From: a plasmid
Direction: 5' to 3' (one strand)
Sequence record: NZ_CP104306.1
Length of the DNA stretch: 64,000 nt
Made by a program: the position numbers and the translations under genes. A model generated the notes under the pieces. That model worked only from the letters and a program-made list of their open reading frames with translations. It ran no database searches and had not been told where the DNA came from. Numbering within the stretch: the stretch's first letter is position 1; every line of letters starts with the position of its first letter. Below are positions 55,003 to 64,000 of the stretch, one piece after another.

Positions 55003-57682
55003 GTTGCTTCACCACCCGTCGCTTTATCAAAACAACCAGTAATAAAAGGAACGCTGCGCTGATCAATCCCAGTGCGATACCAAGCAATCGCTGATAGCCC
55101 TGACCACCTGTATGTGGCAAAATTGCAAGTGGCTGATTAATCGCCTGCAAAGTGATCGTGCTGCCATCAATCGCTAATGTGTATCCGTTCTTACTTTCGC
55201 CCGGCTTCAATGCCTCACCGTCAATCGTGACGGTTGCCTCTTTACCAGTCGTAGCTACCTGAATGGCAATCTTGGCAGGATTGCTTTGATAGCCATCTGG
55301 TGCTTTTGTTTCTGACATCGTATAGGTACCATCTGCAATTAACTTTGTTGCAAACGCTTGTCCCTCAGATGTCGCCGATGATGTTATTGTCTCAGCTTCC
55401 CCAGCACTTGGTTGCAGGGTGAACGCTGCACCTGCAAGATATTGGCTTTGATTATCCTGTTTGATGACCCGCAAAGTCATGGATGGCTTTGGTTCATCGT
55501 ATTTCGTTAGCGTCAGAATTTGCTGGTGATCCCCGGTCACCGTAAAATCATCTGACTTATCACCAACAGGATTCAAAGTCTGCTGGCCATTAATAACACT
55601 CCCTGATGTCACATTGTCCTTTGTGCCATGGTATTGCCATTGCCCATCAGACGTTAGCTGAAAAAGATACGTTGTCCCATCAAGTTGATAACCTGTAGGT
55701 GCTGCAGCTTCCTGAATACCGTAATACCCCGGCGCTAGTGCCTGCAGATCCGTTGACGTGATGGCGTTGGTTTTGGATACCTGCTGAAAACTGTTATCGC
55801 TGTACTGGGTTAAGTTAAACTGCATGGCCTTCAACTGATCTGTTGATAAATCAGTACCATCGGTTGTTTTTTTCTGAAATTGAAAACCATACTGCTGATT
55901 TGTCAAAGTCAACGTTGCTGTTTGCTGATCCATATTTTGAGAACTGATAAACGAACTCAAATCAATTCCCGAGGCATCTTCACTCTTAACGACATATGAA
56001 AAACTTTGACCCTGATTGTTATACGCAGGTGCCGTAAAGCTAGCTTTCCAGTTATCAGCTTTTTTAAGGACTAAGGTCTGTTGCCAATTTGGATCAAGCG
56101 AACCGTCAGCCACTTTTCGCTGCACCGTGACGTTGAGCGTATCCGGTAACGATTGATTGCTTAACTGGCGCCATTGCTTCTGCACATAAACTGTAGTTGC
56201 TGGTGCCCTGCCTGAAGGAATCCCAAAGTCAACAGCGGCAGCGCCCGCTTTTGGTGTCAACAATGTTTCACCATTCATTTGGTACCAAAAATCAGGCTTG
56301 AAGCCACCATCCTCTGTTTTGATCCGGACTTGATAATGGATTTGAACTTCCTGATCCTGACCCAAGTTCATGTGATTCACCGTCAATTGACCATCTTGGA
56401 TCGCCGCACTTGGCAACTCACTTGCTGGCACAGTTTGCTTGCCGACACTCGTAACGGTCGCCTGGTTGTTCGCATATTGAAATTGCGTACCAATCGGGTC
56501 TGTGATCGTGCCGTCGGTGACAGTATTAAAGTTTTTGATAATGTCCTTTGCCTGATTGTGCAAATAAGCCTCAACAGCATCGGCACTATCAGCATCTTCG
56601 TATAAATCCGGTGAATTGGTAATAAGCTGCATGTTTTGGCGTATTTTTTCTTTCGTCATGTAGTGGTCGTCGTCAGCCAGTTGGATGCCTAACGCGTGCA
56701 CCTCATTACCACTATCCTTTGCTATCTTGGCCTCACCCAATGTTGCTGGCCAAGTATCATATATATAATGACCTGAACGATCGGTGTATGGCCATCGAAG
56801 TCGTGCGGTGTTCTCTGGTTCATCTCTGCTGGATCCAAAATTAGTGCCATACAATGTGCCATTTATCCACTCTGAATTCATCACCTCGTTAGAAAAAGTC
56901 GGCACGCCATCAGTTAACAAAATCATCATTTTTTTATTGCCACTGGTGTCCGCATTCAGCATGGCTGATCCTTGCCGCAAACCAATCTGCGTATACGTAG
57001 CCCCTTGAAACCTTGGACTCAATGCACCATTAATCGCTTGTTGCTGGCTGGCATTACCTGCTTTGCCTAATTTGACACTAATATAACCCGAGTTGCCACC
57101 GATATAACCAGGACTAGAAAACCCAATTAAACCAACATTGACGTAATTACCCAGACCGGCGTTTTGAATAGAAGTCAAGAAATTCTTAACGCCAGTACGA
57201 ACAGCACCAGCTCGATTCGTGCCCCATCTGTTTGACTCCATTGACCCAGACATATCAACAACTAAGACAATATCTACAGGCTTCACATTTTGCTGTGTAT
57301 TGCCTTTGACGTTCAAATAAACGTCGTACAATCCGGGGGTATTCGTCTCTTTAGCATATTTTCGAATCTGATAATCCGGATTATTGGGGTCACCAAATTT
57401 CAGGTAAGAATTCGTGGTATCAGTCGCATCACCATTCCATATTGTATTGTTATCCCACCCTGAAACTTGATCACCGCCACGTTGATTGATTACATTTTGT
57501 TGTCCCGTGACCTGCCACGAATTTGTCGGATAGGTACCATTAGCATCGGTTTGATAGGTTGGGCGAATGTTAGCAGTGGCTGTCACAACTGAACTGCCAC
57601 TTGTCACTAAGCCTGTTAACATACTCATCAAAATCAATAAGACCGCGAACAAATGCCCAGTTCTCGCCACTTTAGCTGTCAT
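54995..57682 (-). CDS. spaC: Pilus tip adhesin SpaC with a von Willebrand factor A domain (895 aa)
   Basis: MIDAS motif VVDMSGSM. C-terminal CnaB-like region. LPHTG sorting signal. Confidence 0.8.
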   Translation of the reverse strand: MTAKVARTGHLFAVLLILMSMLTGLVTSGSSVVTATANIRPTYQTDANGTYPTNSWQVTGQQNVINQRGGDQVSGWDNNTIWNGDATDTTNSYLKFGDPNNPDYQIRKYAKETNTPGLYDVYLNVKGNTQQNVKPVDIVLVVDMSGSMESNRWGTNRAGAVRTGVKNFLTSIQNAGLGNYVNVGLIGFSSPGYIGGNSGYISVKLGKAGNASQQQAINGALSPRFQGATYTQIGLRQGSAMLNADTSGNKKMMILLTDGVPTFSNEVMNSEWINGTLYGTNFGSSRDEPENTARLRWPYTDRSGHYIYDTWPATLGEAKIAKDSGNEVHALGIQLADDDHYMTKEKIRQNMQLITNSPDLYEDADSADAVEAYLHNQAKDIIKNFNTVTDGTITDPIGTQFQYANNQATVTSVGKQTVPASELPSAAIQDGQLTVNHMNLGQDQEVQIHYQVRIKTEDGGFKPDFWYQMNGETLLTPKAGAAAVDFGIPSGRAPATTVYVQKQWRQLSNQSLPDTLNVTVQRKVADGSLDPNWQQTLVLKKADNWKASFTAPAYNNQGQSFSYVVKSEDASGIDLSSFISSQNMDQQTATLTLTNQQYGFQFQKKTTDGTDLSTDQLKAMQFNLTQYSDNSFQQVSKTNAITSTDLQALAPGYYGIQEAAAPTGYQLDGTTYLFQLTSDGQWQYHGTKDNVTSGSVINGQQTLNPVGDKSDDFTVTGDHQQILTLTKYDEPKPSMTLRVIKQDNQSQYLAGAAFTLQPSAGEAETITSSATSEGQAFATKLIADGTYTMSETKAPDGYQSNPAKIAIQVATTGKEATVTIDGEALKPGESKNGYTLAIDGSTITLQAINQPLAILPHTGGQGYQRLLGIALGLISAAFLLLLVVLIKRRVVKQHD

Positions 57683-57752
57683 CTTCGTAAATTTTTACCC
57701 TCCTCTCAAGTAAAATTTTAAACACTGACAGTGCAATCATTCATGCGCTTAC

Positions 57753-57911
57753 AACTCGAAAGTTTTGAGCTATAGACTGCACAAACAAAATATACATCAA
57801 TTAAATTATAATTGATAGTCAATATAACAAATTTTCTTCCATTTTTAGTTTTTGCCTTTGTTATCCACATCACTTTAAAAAAAAAGTAAAAGAGCTCAAA
57901 ACTTTCGAGTT
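57753..57911. repeat. Perfect 19-bp inverted repeats flanking a 121-bp AT-rich segment upstream of spaC (candidate invertible or MITE-like element)
   Basis: AACTCGAAAGTTTTGAGCT (57753-57771) and its exact reverse complement AGCTCAAAACTTTCGAGTT (57893-57911). The enclosed segment carries a TATAAT oriented toward spaC. Confidence 0.7.
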
Positions 57912-58327
57912 ACGATCACTTGTTAATCCACTTTTTACCCAATAATTCTTAAAAATTCAGATTTTACGCTACAATTAATTAATTCAATCAACACTGTCTG
58001 ATTTTTAGTTCCTAACTAGTGGCTGCTTTCACCAGCCACTTCTTAGGCATCTGTGCGCCTCCTTCCATTGTTTCCGGCGTCTCTCTTCTTCCAACACCAG
58101 CTTAACAAGTTGACCCCGCGCAAAGGAATGATAATGTTCGTTATTTAACAAGATATTTTTAAAAGTGCATACTTATTGACATTATAGGTATTAATCTGTA
58201 CATATAATGTAAAAAGCTCTATTTATAGGTAAATAAGGTCTTCAAACCCAAAAGTAGCCTTGAAACATCCGGCGTATTGCCAGTAAGCCCCAAGACTACT
58301 TATAGGTTATTTATTCAACTAATTAGT

Positions 58328-58885
58328 TTAAGCTTTGATGATTTTCCCAACTGCAATTGGTAAAGTAACGTGGGCATCGTAGTTCATGACAGTTCCTTGA
58401 ACAGTAGCCGGTAGCTTCAAGGTATCCGGCACACCATGAATATAAATGACCCTTTTATCGAGCTGCAAATCGTCACTGCCAAAAGCGGCTTTAAACGCTG
58501 TCTGCAATTCCTTCAGATCAACGAGTTTGTCATAAGCATAGTGACCTTCTGCATCAGCCACTGGGTAACTGTCATTTGGCACATGCATCTTGGCCGGTTC
58601 AGCGTCAAATGGCACCATCGTTGTACCGGAAACCGGTTCTGTTTCTGGCAGATCCACGAAACCGTCACCATTAGCATCTTGTGCCGCTGTGGCGATTTCT
58701 GCTGGCTTACCATCCGGGAATCCGTGGAAATGTTCCCAATGCTGCACATTAGAAGGTGTATCAAACATATCGATATGAATCTTCATTTGCGTACCATCAA
58801 TCGTGAACGTCGCGGCACCGTGCGCTGCGCTGCCAATCTTCTCAGCGTTCAATGGCACAATTTCTGCTTTATACTTTTCAGCCAT
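58328..58885 (-). CDS. Hypothetical protein (185 aa)
   Basis: Start MAEKYK has AAAGGAGTG upstream. No recognised motif. Confidence 0.45.
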   Translation of the reverse strand: MAEKYKAEIVPLNAEKIGSAAHGAATFTIDGTQMKIHIDMFDTPSNVQHWEHFHGFPDGKPAEIATAAQDANGDGFVDLPETEPVSGTTMVPFDAEPAKMHVPNDSYPVADAEGHYAYDKLVDLKELQTAFKAAFGSDDLQLDKRVIYIHGVPDTLKLPATVQGTVMNYDAHVTLPIAVGKIIKA

Positions 58886-58979
58886 GCAAAGCACTCCTTT
58901 TAGATTTAGACTCAGTTTCAGTATAGTGCTAACTGGAACGACTCACAATCTATTGCATTTCAAAAGTGAGGTTGCAAGA

Positions 58980-59791
58980 TTATTTGGCCAATTGCAATAA
59001 CCGTTGGCGCAAAGCAGGATCAGCTGCGTAAAGATAAAGCCCGTGCTTCGCCCTCTTCAGCAGAATATTAATGGCATTCATGATAATCGCGGCTTTAGCG
59101 TCGGTGGTGTCGGCCAAATCCGGGCGCTTTTTGAATGCTTCCTTGTCTTGGTACTGCGCCAGATCAACCGTAAGTCGGTCTTTTGAGGGATCATAGCCTA
59201 GACTCGGCCCTAGAATCACACCTGCGTAATTCAAGTCAAAGCCTTGAATCGTATAAATGGAACCAACTTCATGCAATGTCTCAGGACGTTGTGCCCACGG
59301 GCGATCGGTGAAGTTGATCTTGTCCCAAGGCAACCGCAGAGAGCCAGCTTGGACATACCAGGTTTTACCATCGAGCACTGTGAATGGATGTCAGCTGTAG
59401 CAATCATGCGCGAAAGGCCGGTTTCGGCATTGCGCCGCTGAATGAGGTCATACATCGGCTGACCATCAGAAAAAACTTGAAAATCAAAATGTTGCGGATG
59501 TGGCAAAGGCAACATTTTTCCACGAACAAAATGATCAATCCAATCATTCACCGCCGTATCGCCTCCCCGCATCTATTCGGTCAGATGATAATGTGTCACT
59601 GCGTAATCGCGCGTCACTCTTTTCAATAAAGCAGGTGTCCAAAAACTCTTTAGCTTGACTAGCTGGTGGAAATCGAACACGAGCACCACCACTCGAGCCA
59701 ACTGAAGAATATCAGCAAGCTGATTATGCCCACGGAATTTATTATACGGATCAGGCGTCGTCAGTAGTAAATGGCCTTCATCGATCAGCAC
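58980..59791 (-). pseudogene. Degenerate DUF2075-like P-loop ATPase remnant (N-terminally truncated, in-frame TAG plus frameshift)
   Basis: Walker-B-like MLIDEGHLL in ORF 59573..59791. In-frame TAG at 59573 is followed by ORF 59231..59572. A frame change near 59385 leads into ORF 58980..59378, which contains TIQGFDLNYAGVILGPSLGYD. The Walker A part is absent. Confidence 0.5.
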
Positions 59792-59875
59792 GACATCTGC
59801 CCGCTTACCGGCTTTGCGGTACGCGTTAATAAATGGTGTTGGTTACAATCTACCATTTACTATGATTATTAGTAA

Positions 59876-61663
59876 CTATTTTGCCTCTACCCAACCGTGT
59901 GTCAATAAGCTCGTTTTTTTTTCATCAGCAAGATCTTGACTGGGAATTGCAACTGCTAATAAGTACTTTGGACGACTTAATGCTACATATGCTAGTTTAA
60001 GACAATCCCGCTGTAACTGTTCTATTTCTGGATCCGATGAAAAATCTGGTCGGTCTCCTAGTAAATAAGGAAAGATAGTTTTGAAGAACTTATTGATTTT
60101 GTCTTCTTCATTAAATTTCATGTGTACACATGAAGTTAGTAAAAGCAGTGTCGATCGATGTGTTTCACCTTTAACTCCGTGAATTGTTGCAAATTCTCGG
60201 TGGACTGTCGATAAATTCATTCTTTCAGGTTCACCTTCTAGGTTGCTAACGTCTTGAAGCAGATGCTTGCATTCTCTTTGCAAATAAGCTTCTGAAATAG
60301 TTTCTGAACCAATTAGACTGTACAAATGATATTGTACCTCGTTCAATGAAATATTTTGTTTTGCGAGTTTCTGGATGACATCTGCTAATTCAAGGTTGCT
60401 ATCATGATTATTACGGATTAGTACTGATTCTTCCATAAAAGAAACGCCATTCGCATTGGCCAATAATTTGATAACCAATGCATAAATTTCACTGACACTT
60501 CTTTCATGAGCTCGTTGCTCTGAACCCTCTTTGGAATATTTGGGTTCAACTTTTATAATGTCGCTGTGCATTATTCCGACAATAGCATCTGGTTTCTGCA
60601 ATATACGAAAATTTGGATTTGAACTGGCAGCGTCTTCGATCAGCCGAGTATGCTTTTCCTTGAGTTCGTCTCCAGTTTCATATGTCATAAAATACTTCGG
60701 AAAGAAATTTAGTTCTTGATTCGAATGGAATTGTTCATATTCCTGAACACAAACATGTTTAACTACAGCAGCAATTAAACTGCCAAACCTTGTAGTTTCA
60801 GAGATTTCTTTAGTCTGGTAGAATTCGTTATCGGGTCTCGGGTTCCAAGAGTCCTCTGTCTCGGATCCATAGATAGTATATAATGCTTGATACGGATCTC
60901 CAAATCTTTGTACATTCAACTGTTTGCCATTAGCCAGACCATTTATAATGGCAAACTGAATCCAATCGGTATCTTGAGCTTCATCGATCATTAAGTATGA
61001 AAATCGTTTCTCAAATGCCACGCTCAACTCGTCTCTATGTTTACTTAGATACCAATAAGACAATGATTTGAGATCAGAATATGAAACATAGCCATCCCTT
61101 AACAGCCATTCGCATGCACGATTAATGGCATATTGACAACGCTGATTCTGGTGTCTGTTAGTGTAATAAAATGATCCGTCATCTAAAATTACTAGCTTGC
61201 ACCCATTTTTGGACGGCTTAGGTACGTTCCAATCTGAACGATAGTCCTTAACAATTCTCCTAAAATTTTTATCATACTTTTCATAGAACTTTTCATCATC
61301 TAAAAGCTTAAGCGTCACACCGGGTAGGACCGTGGCAAATGCAGTTTTACCTAAAAATTTATCCATGAAACTTTGAATAGTTCCTACAAAATTTGGATAT
61401 TCAATTTCATCCACACCAGCAAGCTTCAACCGTGCTAAAATCTCTTTTACAGCAACATTGGTATGTGTAATACAGCAGATGCCTTTATCTTCGTAGTTGC
61501 GAGTGGTCAATAACCTTAACACCTTCGCTGCTAATACGGTTGTTTTACCTGATCCAGGTCCAGCTACGACGTCAATTCGTCCTATTGCTTGAATAACTTC
61601 TCGCTGTTCCGCTGTAAAATGCGCACCGTGCAACAATATGCTTTCAATTTGCATCAAGTTCAA
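59876..61663 (-). CDS. gajB: UvrD/PcrA-like SF1 helicase, GajB-like partner of the OLD-family nuclease
   Basis: Walker A VVAGPGSGKTTVLAAKV. Helicase motifs. TTG start overlaps the gajA stop (TTGA), with AGGAGG 10 nt upstream. Confidence 0.7.
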   Translation of the reverse strand: MNLMQIESILLHGAHFTAEQREVIQAIGRIDVVAGPGSGKTTVLAAKVLRLLTTRNYEDKGICCITHTNVAVKEILARLKLAGVDEIEYPNFVGTIQSFMDKFLGKTAFATVLPGVTLKLLDDEKFYEKYDKNFRRIVKDYRSDWNVPKPSKNGCKLVILDDGSFYYTNRHQNQRCQYAINRACEWLLRDGYVSYSDLKSLSYWYLSKHRDELSVAFEKRFSYLMIDEAQDTDWIQFAIINGLANGKQLNVQRFGDPYQALYTIYGSETEDSWNPRPDNEFYQTKEISETTRFGSLIAAVVKHVCVQEYEQFHSNQELNFFPKYFMTYETGDELKEKHTRLIEDAASSNPNFRILQKPDAIVGIMHSDIIKVEPKYSKEGSEQRAHERSVSEIYALVIKLLANANGVSFMEESVLIRNNHDSNLELADVIQKLAKQNISLNEVQYHLYSLIGSETISEAYLQRECKHLLQDVSNLEGEPERMNLSTVHREFATIHGVKGETHRSTLLLLTSCVHMKFNEEDKINKFFKTIFPYLLGDRPDFSSDPEIEQLQRDCLKLAYVALSRPKYLLAVAIPSQDLADEKKTSLLTHGWVEAK

Positions 61664-63750
61664 TCTTGTTCAACCTCCTGCCCACTTGCAAACTTAATCG
61701 CATTAATTAAATACTTGCATTCTTCATTTTGTGAATGTGTTGTATCGCCAATAATTTTATTTTTCAGCTCTTCCTTTTCATCTTGACTAAGACCCATAAT
61801 TAGTTTTGCTAATTGTTCACTAACCTGTGTTTTTGAAACCGAGCCTTTGTTCAAGGCTGCATACGCATTGTATGCAGCCATATTCGGACTTGTTTTATAA
61901 TCTTCTTCAAATTTTTTAATAAATTTTTCCCGATGATTTTCTCTAACGAATTGTGTTTCAGCTATCGCTTGAATCGTAAGATGACGCAAAGAGCTACGCA
62001 AAAGACTGTACTCCAAAGTCCATAATGGCGACATGAATATTTTACTATTGGAACTAAATTCTTCGTATTTTTGATTGAGACACTCTTGCCTTTCTGCTGT
62101 CTTACTGGCCCAGTCAGAATCAGATCGGAATTTTTTTACCTGAATAATTAAATTCTTAATTTTAGTATTTTCAAATCTTAGTTTAAAAGCAGCTACTAAT
62201 TCAGCAAAAGTCGCATACTCCTCTCCGAACAAGTCAACATTCAAATCGCTAGGGCCACTAATCAACTCCTGGATTTTTTCAGCGCTCTCTGAATCGATAC
62301 CATACACAGTCGGATTAATATCTGAATCTGTAATTATAGAGATAGGGATACCAATTTTTTCTGATTTTTCTTTTTGAGAAAACAGTTTAATATATTGATT
62401 AAAGCTTGTCCCGCCAACGTTTACAATTGAGATACCAGAACGATGTAACGGTAAATTTATTAAATCTGCCAGGGCTGGTAATAAAATATTTTCCGCATAT
62501 CCCTCCACCAAAATAATTCCTTTTGCAAAGAATAGGTTACTCTTTGTTGCATCTAAAAATCGATTCAAAAAATCATAATCAGCTTCCTCAAGCATGGTGT
62601 CCTCAGGTGCCATCGAATAGGCTTTATTAGCGTTCATATATATCAGCGATCTTTGATCTATCGATGCGGTCAGTGCAACACTATGTGAAGTCAATATAAA
62701 CTGCTGAGATGAATTATCCTCTGTGCTAAGAATATAGCGCTCGATGTATTTAATTAGTCGTATCTGAGCCTGCACGTGCAAGTGCGCCTCTAATTCCTCT
62801 ATAAGCATAATGTTTGGACCATAAACCACTGAACTTGAATGATCCTTTAGCAGCGCTAACTCGGTCGAAATGTACAACAGGTTCAAGTTCCCCAATCCCA
62901 AATTGACGCTTTCTGAACTTAAACTTAGCTGTTTGAATATTTGATCAAGTGTAACTTGTGTTAGTTGAAAGCGCGTGTCACTTTTATCCTGATCTTGACT
63001 ATCAAATAACTGCCTCAATACCGAATGAAGTTCTTTATTAATTGATTGTTTTTCCAAATTATTATCAGAAAGATGATCGTTATCTTTAGGTGGATTCGAT
63101 TCACTTGGAAAGCCATCTGAGAGATATCCCTCTATTATTGCGTTGGCTTCCTCCAACGCTTGGACAAGTTTTAATTTATGTTCTGGGTGATTTCGAAACT
63201 CCGAGTGTGCTGCAAGTAATTGTGGCAGATGTGAGCGAAAGCCAGGAGTTAATTCATCTGTTGCATTTCTCAGAGCTTTTAAGTATGTAACACGTAAGTA
63301 TACTCGTGCCCCACTTGCTAACGAAGATTCTGCACCTTCATCTCCTGCAACTAGATTTCGATCTAAATATTGACGTCCAGCTTCACTCGTTTTGCGCTCA
63401 ACTGTTAGTTTTACATGTAACTCATATTCATTATTATCGTCAAACGACAGCCACTCTAGAAAAGTTCCAGCCTCGTACTTGTTGAGACTACAAAATACAG
63501 CCTCAATCTTAAAATCATTTGAAAACTCGGTCCCGTCAAAATAGAAATCCTCGTCTTGAATACTGGTTCGATCATCGCTAACTGTTCCAAGCAACATTTT
63601 AATTGCATCGATAACTGCAGTTTTCCCTGAATCATTTTCACCGACAATGATATTCAAGCCCGGATGAAATTTTACTATCAATCCAGGTTCCCCATTCACC
63701 TGAGAAACAAATTTTCGAAAATCATACAGTTTAACAGTTTTTAGAAACAC
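61660..63750 (-). CDS. gajA: OLD-family ABC-ATPase plus Toprim nuclease, GajA-like (696 aa)
   Basis: P-loop VGENDSGKTAV. ABC signature/D-loop-like IEELEAHLH. Toprim ILVEGYAE ... ISIITDSD. GTG start after GGGAGG. Confidence 0.75.
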   Translation of the reverse strand: MFLKTVKLYDFRKFVSQVNGEPGLIVKFHPGLNIIVGENDSGKTAVIDAIKMLLGTVSDDRTSIQDEDFYFDGTEFSNDFKIEAVFCSLNKYEAGTFLEWLSFDDNNEYELHVKLTVERKTSEAGRQYLDRNLVAGDEGAESSLASGARVYLRVTYLKALRNATDELTPGFRSHLPQLLAAHSEFRNHPEHKLKLVQALEEANAIIEGYLSDGFPSESNPPKDNDHLSDNNLEKQSINKELHSVLRQLFDSQDQDKSDTRFQLTQVTLDQIFKQLSLSSESVNLGLGNLNLLYISTELALLKDHSSSVVYGPNIMLIEELEAHLHVQAQIRLIKYIERYILSTEDNSSQQFILTSHSVALTASIDQRSLIYMNANKAYSMAPEDTMLEEADYDFLNRFLDATKSNLFFAKGIILVEGYAENILLPALADLINLPLHRSGISIVNVGGTSFNQYIKLFSQKEKSEKIGIPISIITDSDINPTVYGIDSESAEKIQELISGPSDLNVDLFGEEYATFAELVAAFKLRFENTKIKNLIIQVKKFRSDSDWASKTAERQECLNQKYEEFSSNSKIFMSPLWTLEYSLLRSSLRHLTIQAIAETQFVRENHREKFIKKFEEDYKTSPNMAAYNAYAALNKGSVSKTQVSEQLAKLIMGLSQDEKEELKNKIIGDTTHSQNEECKYLINAIKFASGQEVEQD

Positions 63751-64000
63751 TATACATTCCTCCCTAGGGACATTCTACTATCCCACTCATTATGCAAAAA
63801 TACGACTAGATGCTCGAAAAATTCGCTTATAACCAGATGACCTACACACTAAGTATACAACTAGCGTATGTTGACACATGTATAAAGTGATTCCAAATTC
63901 AAACAAATCAACAAATTGGTACGTTGAACAATTAATCAATAATTGGGTATTGGGTTCTCTACATGATTAGACCATTAAAGAGCAATTCCATATTACTTTA

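Noticed and set aside
1-64000. CRISPR arrays, rRNA or complete tRNA genes
   Set aside because: No regularly spaced short repeats with unique spacers were seen. No rRNA-like conserved stretches or full tRNA cloverleaf candidates were seen on either strand.

Overview
This window looks like a mosaic conjugative-plasmid-like region from a lactobacillus (Lacticaseibacillus-type; about 45% GC). From memory, the spaCBA-srtC pilus operon lengths 895/241/334 aa match L. rhamnosus GG-type SpaC/SpaB/SpaA.

Main modules, left to right:
- 117..1053: a serine-recombinase 5' remnant truncated by an IS5-family element.
- 1148..4350: an EcoRII-like type II restriction-modification cassette. The C5-methyltransferase carries an N-terminal ribbon-helix-helix extension. 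An NrdH-like redoxin and an HTH gene sit alongside. The cassette is bracketed by 58-bp direct repeats that are remnants of a duplicated gene 3' end.
- 4560..4960: a GC-rich structured non-coding stretch.
- 5016..6753: a compact operon of five small unknown genes, one of them acidic.
- about 6980..8540: an IS110-family element with a possible bridge-RNA region.
- 8981..11527: a large ArdC-N/zincin/Toprim (LtrC-like) protein.
- 11801..14431: a MOBQ-type relaxase with accessory and RHH genes, and an oriT-like array of palindromes centred on a perfect 30-bp palindrome.
- 14563..29649: a 15-kb Gram-positive type IV secretion cluster (VirB4, VirD4, VirB6-like, cell-wall hydrolase, SSB, thioredoxin-like and surface proteins).
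- 29796..29873: a strong promoter followed immediately by a terminator, giving a candidate small antisense RNA, next to tRNA T-arm-like hairpins.
- 30992..33796: an HU-like gene and an MPQTG-anchored CnaB-repeat adhesin.
- 33945..34960: a frameshifted lipoprotein gene.
- 35002..36020: four overlapping small ORFs behind a palindromic operator.
- 37192..40565: a RepA_N theta replicon with iterons inside repA, and a ParA/RHH-ParB partition module with centromere-like repeats.
- 40640..42981: a yolD-umuC operon with a divergent HTH gene.
- 44672..51775: two inverted IS30-family copies bracketing cargo (a 627-aa AT-rich membrane protein, an intact serine recombinase, BRCT and zinc-ribbon proteins, a pyrimidine-dimer glycosylase-like gene and a PNPOx-like gene).
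- 52117..57682: the srtC-spaA-spaB-spaC pilus operon, preceded by a perfect 19-bp inverted-repeat pair around a 121-bp AT-rich segment.
- 58980..63750: a degenerate DUF2075 ATPase remnant and a Gabija-like GajA (OLD ATPase plus Toprim) / GajB (UvrD-like helicase) pair.

No rRNA, complete tRNA or CRISPR array was seen. Everything rests on sequence reading and remembered family motifs; no database search was run.
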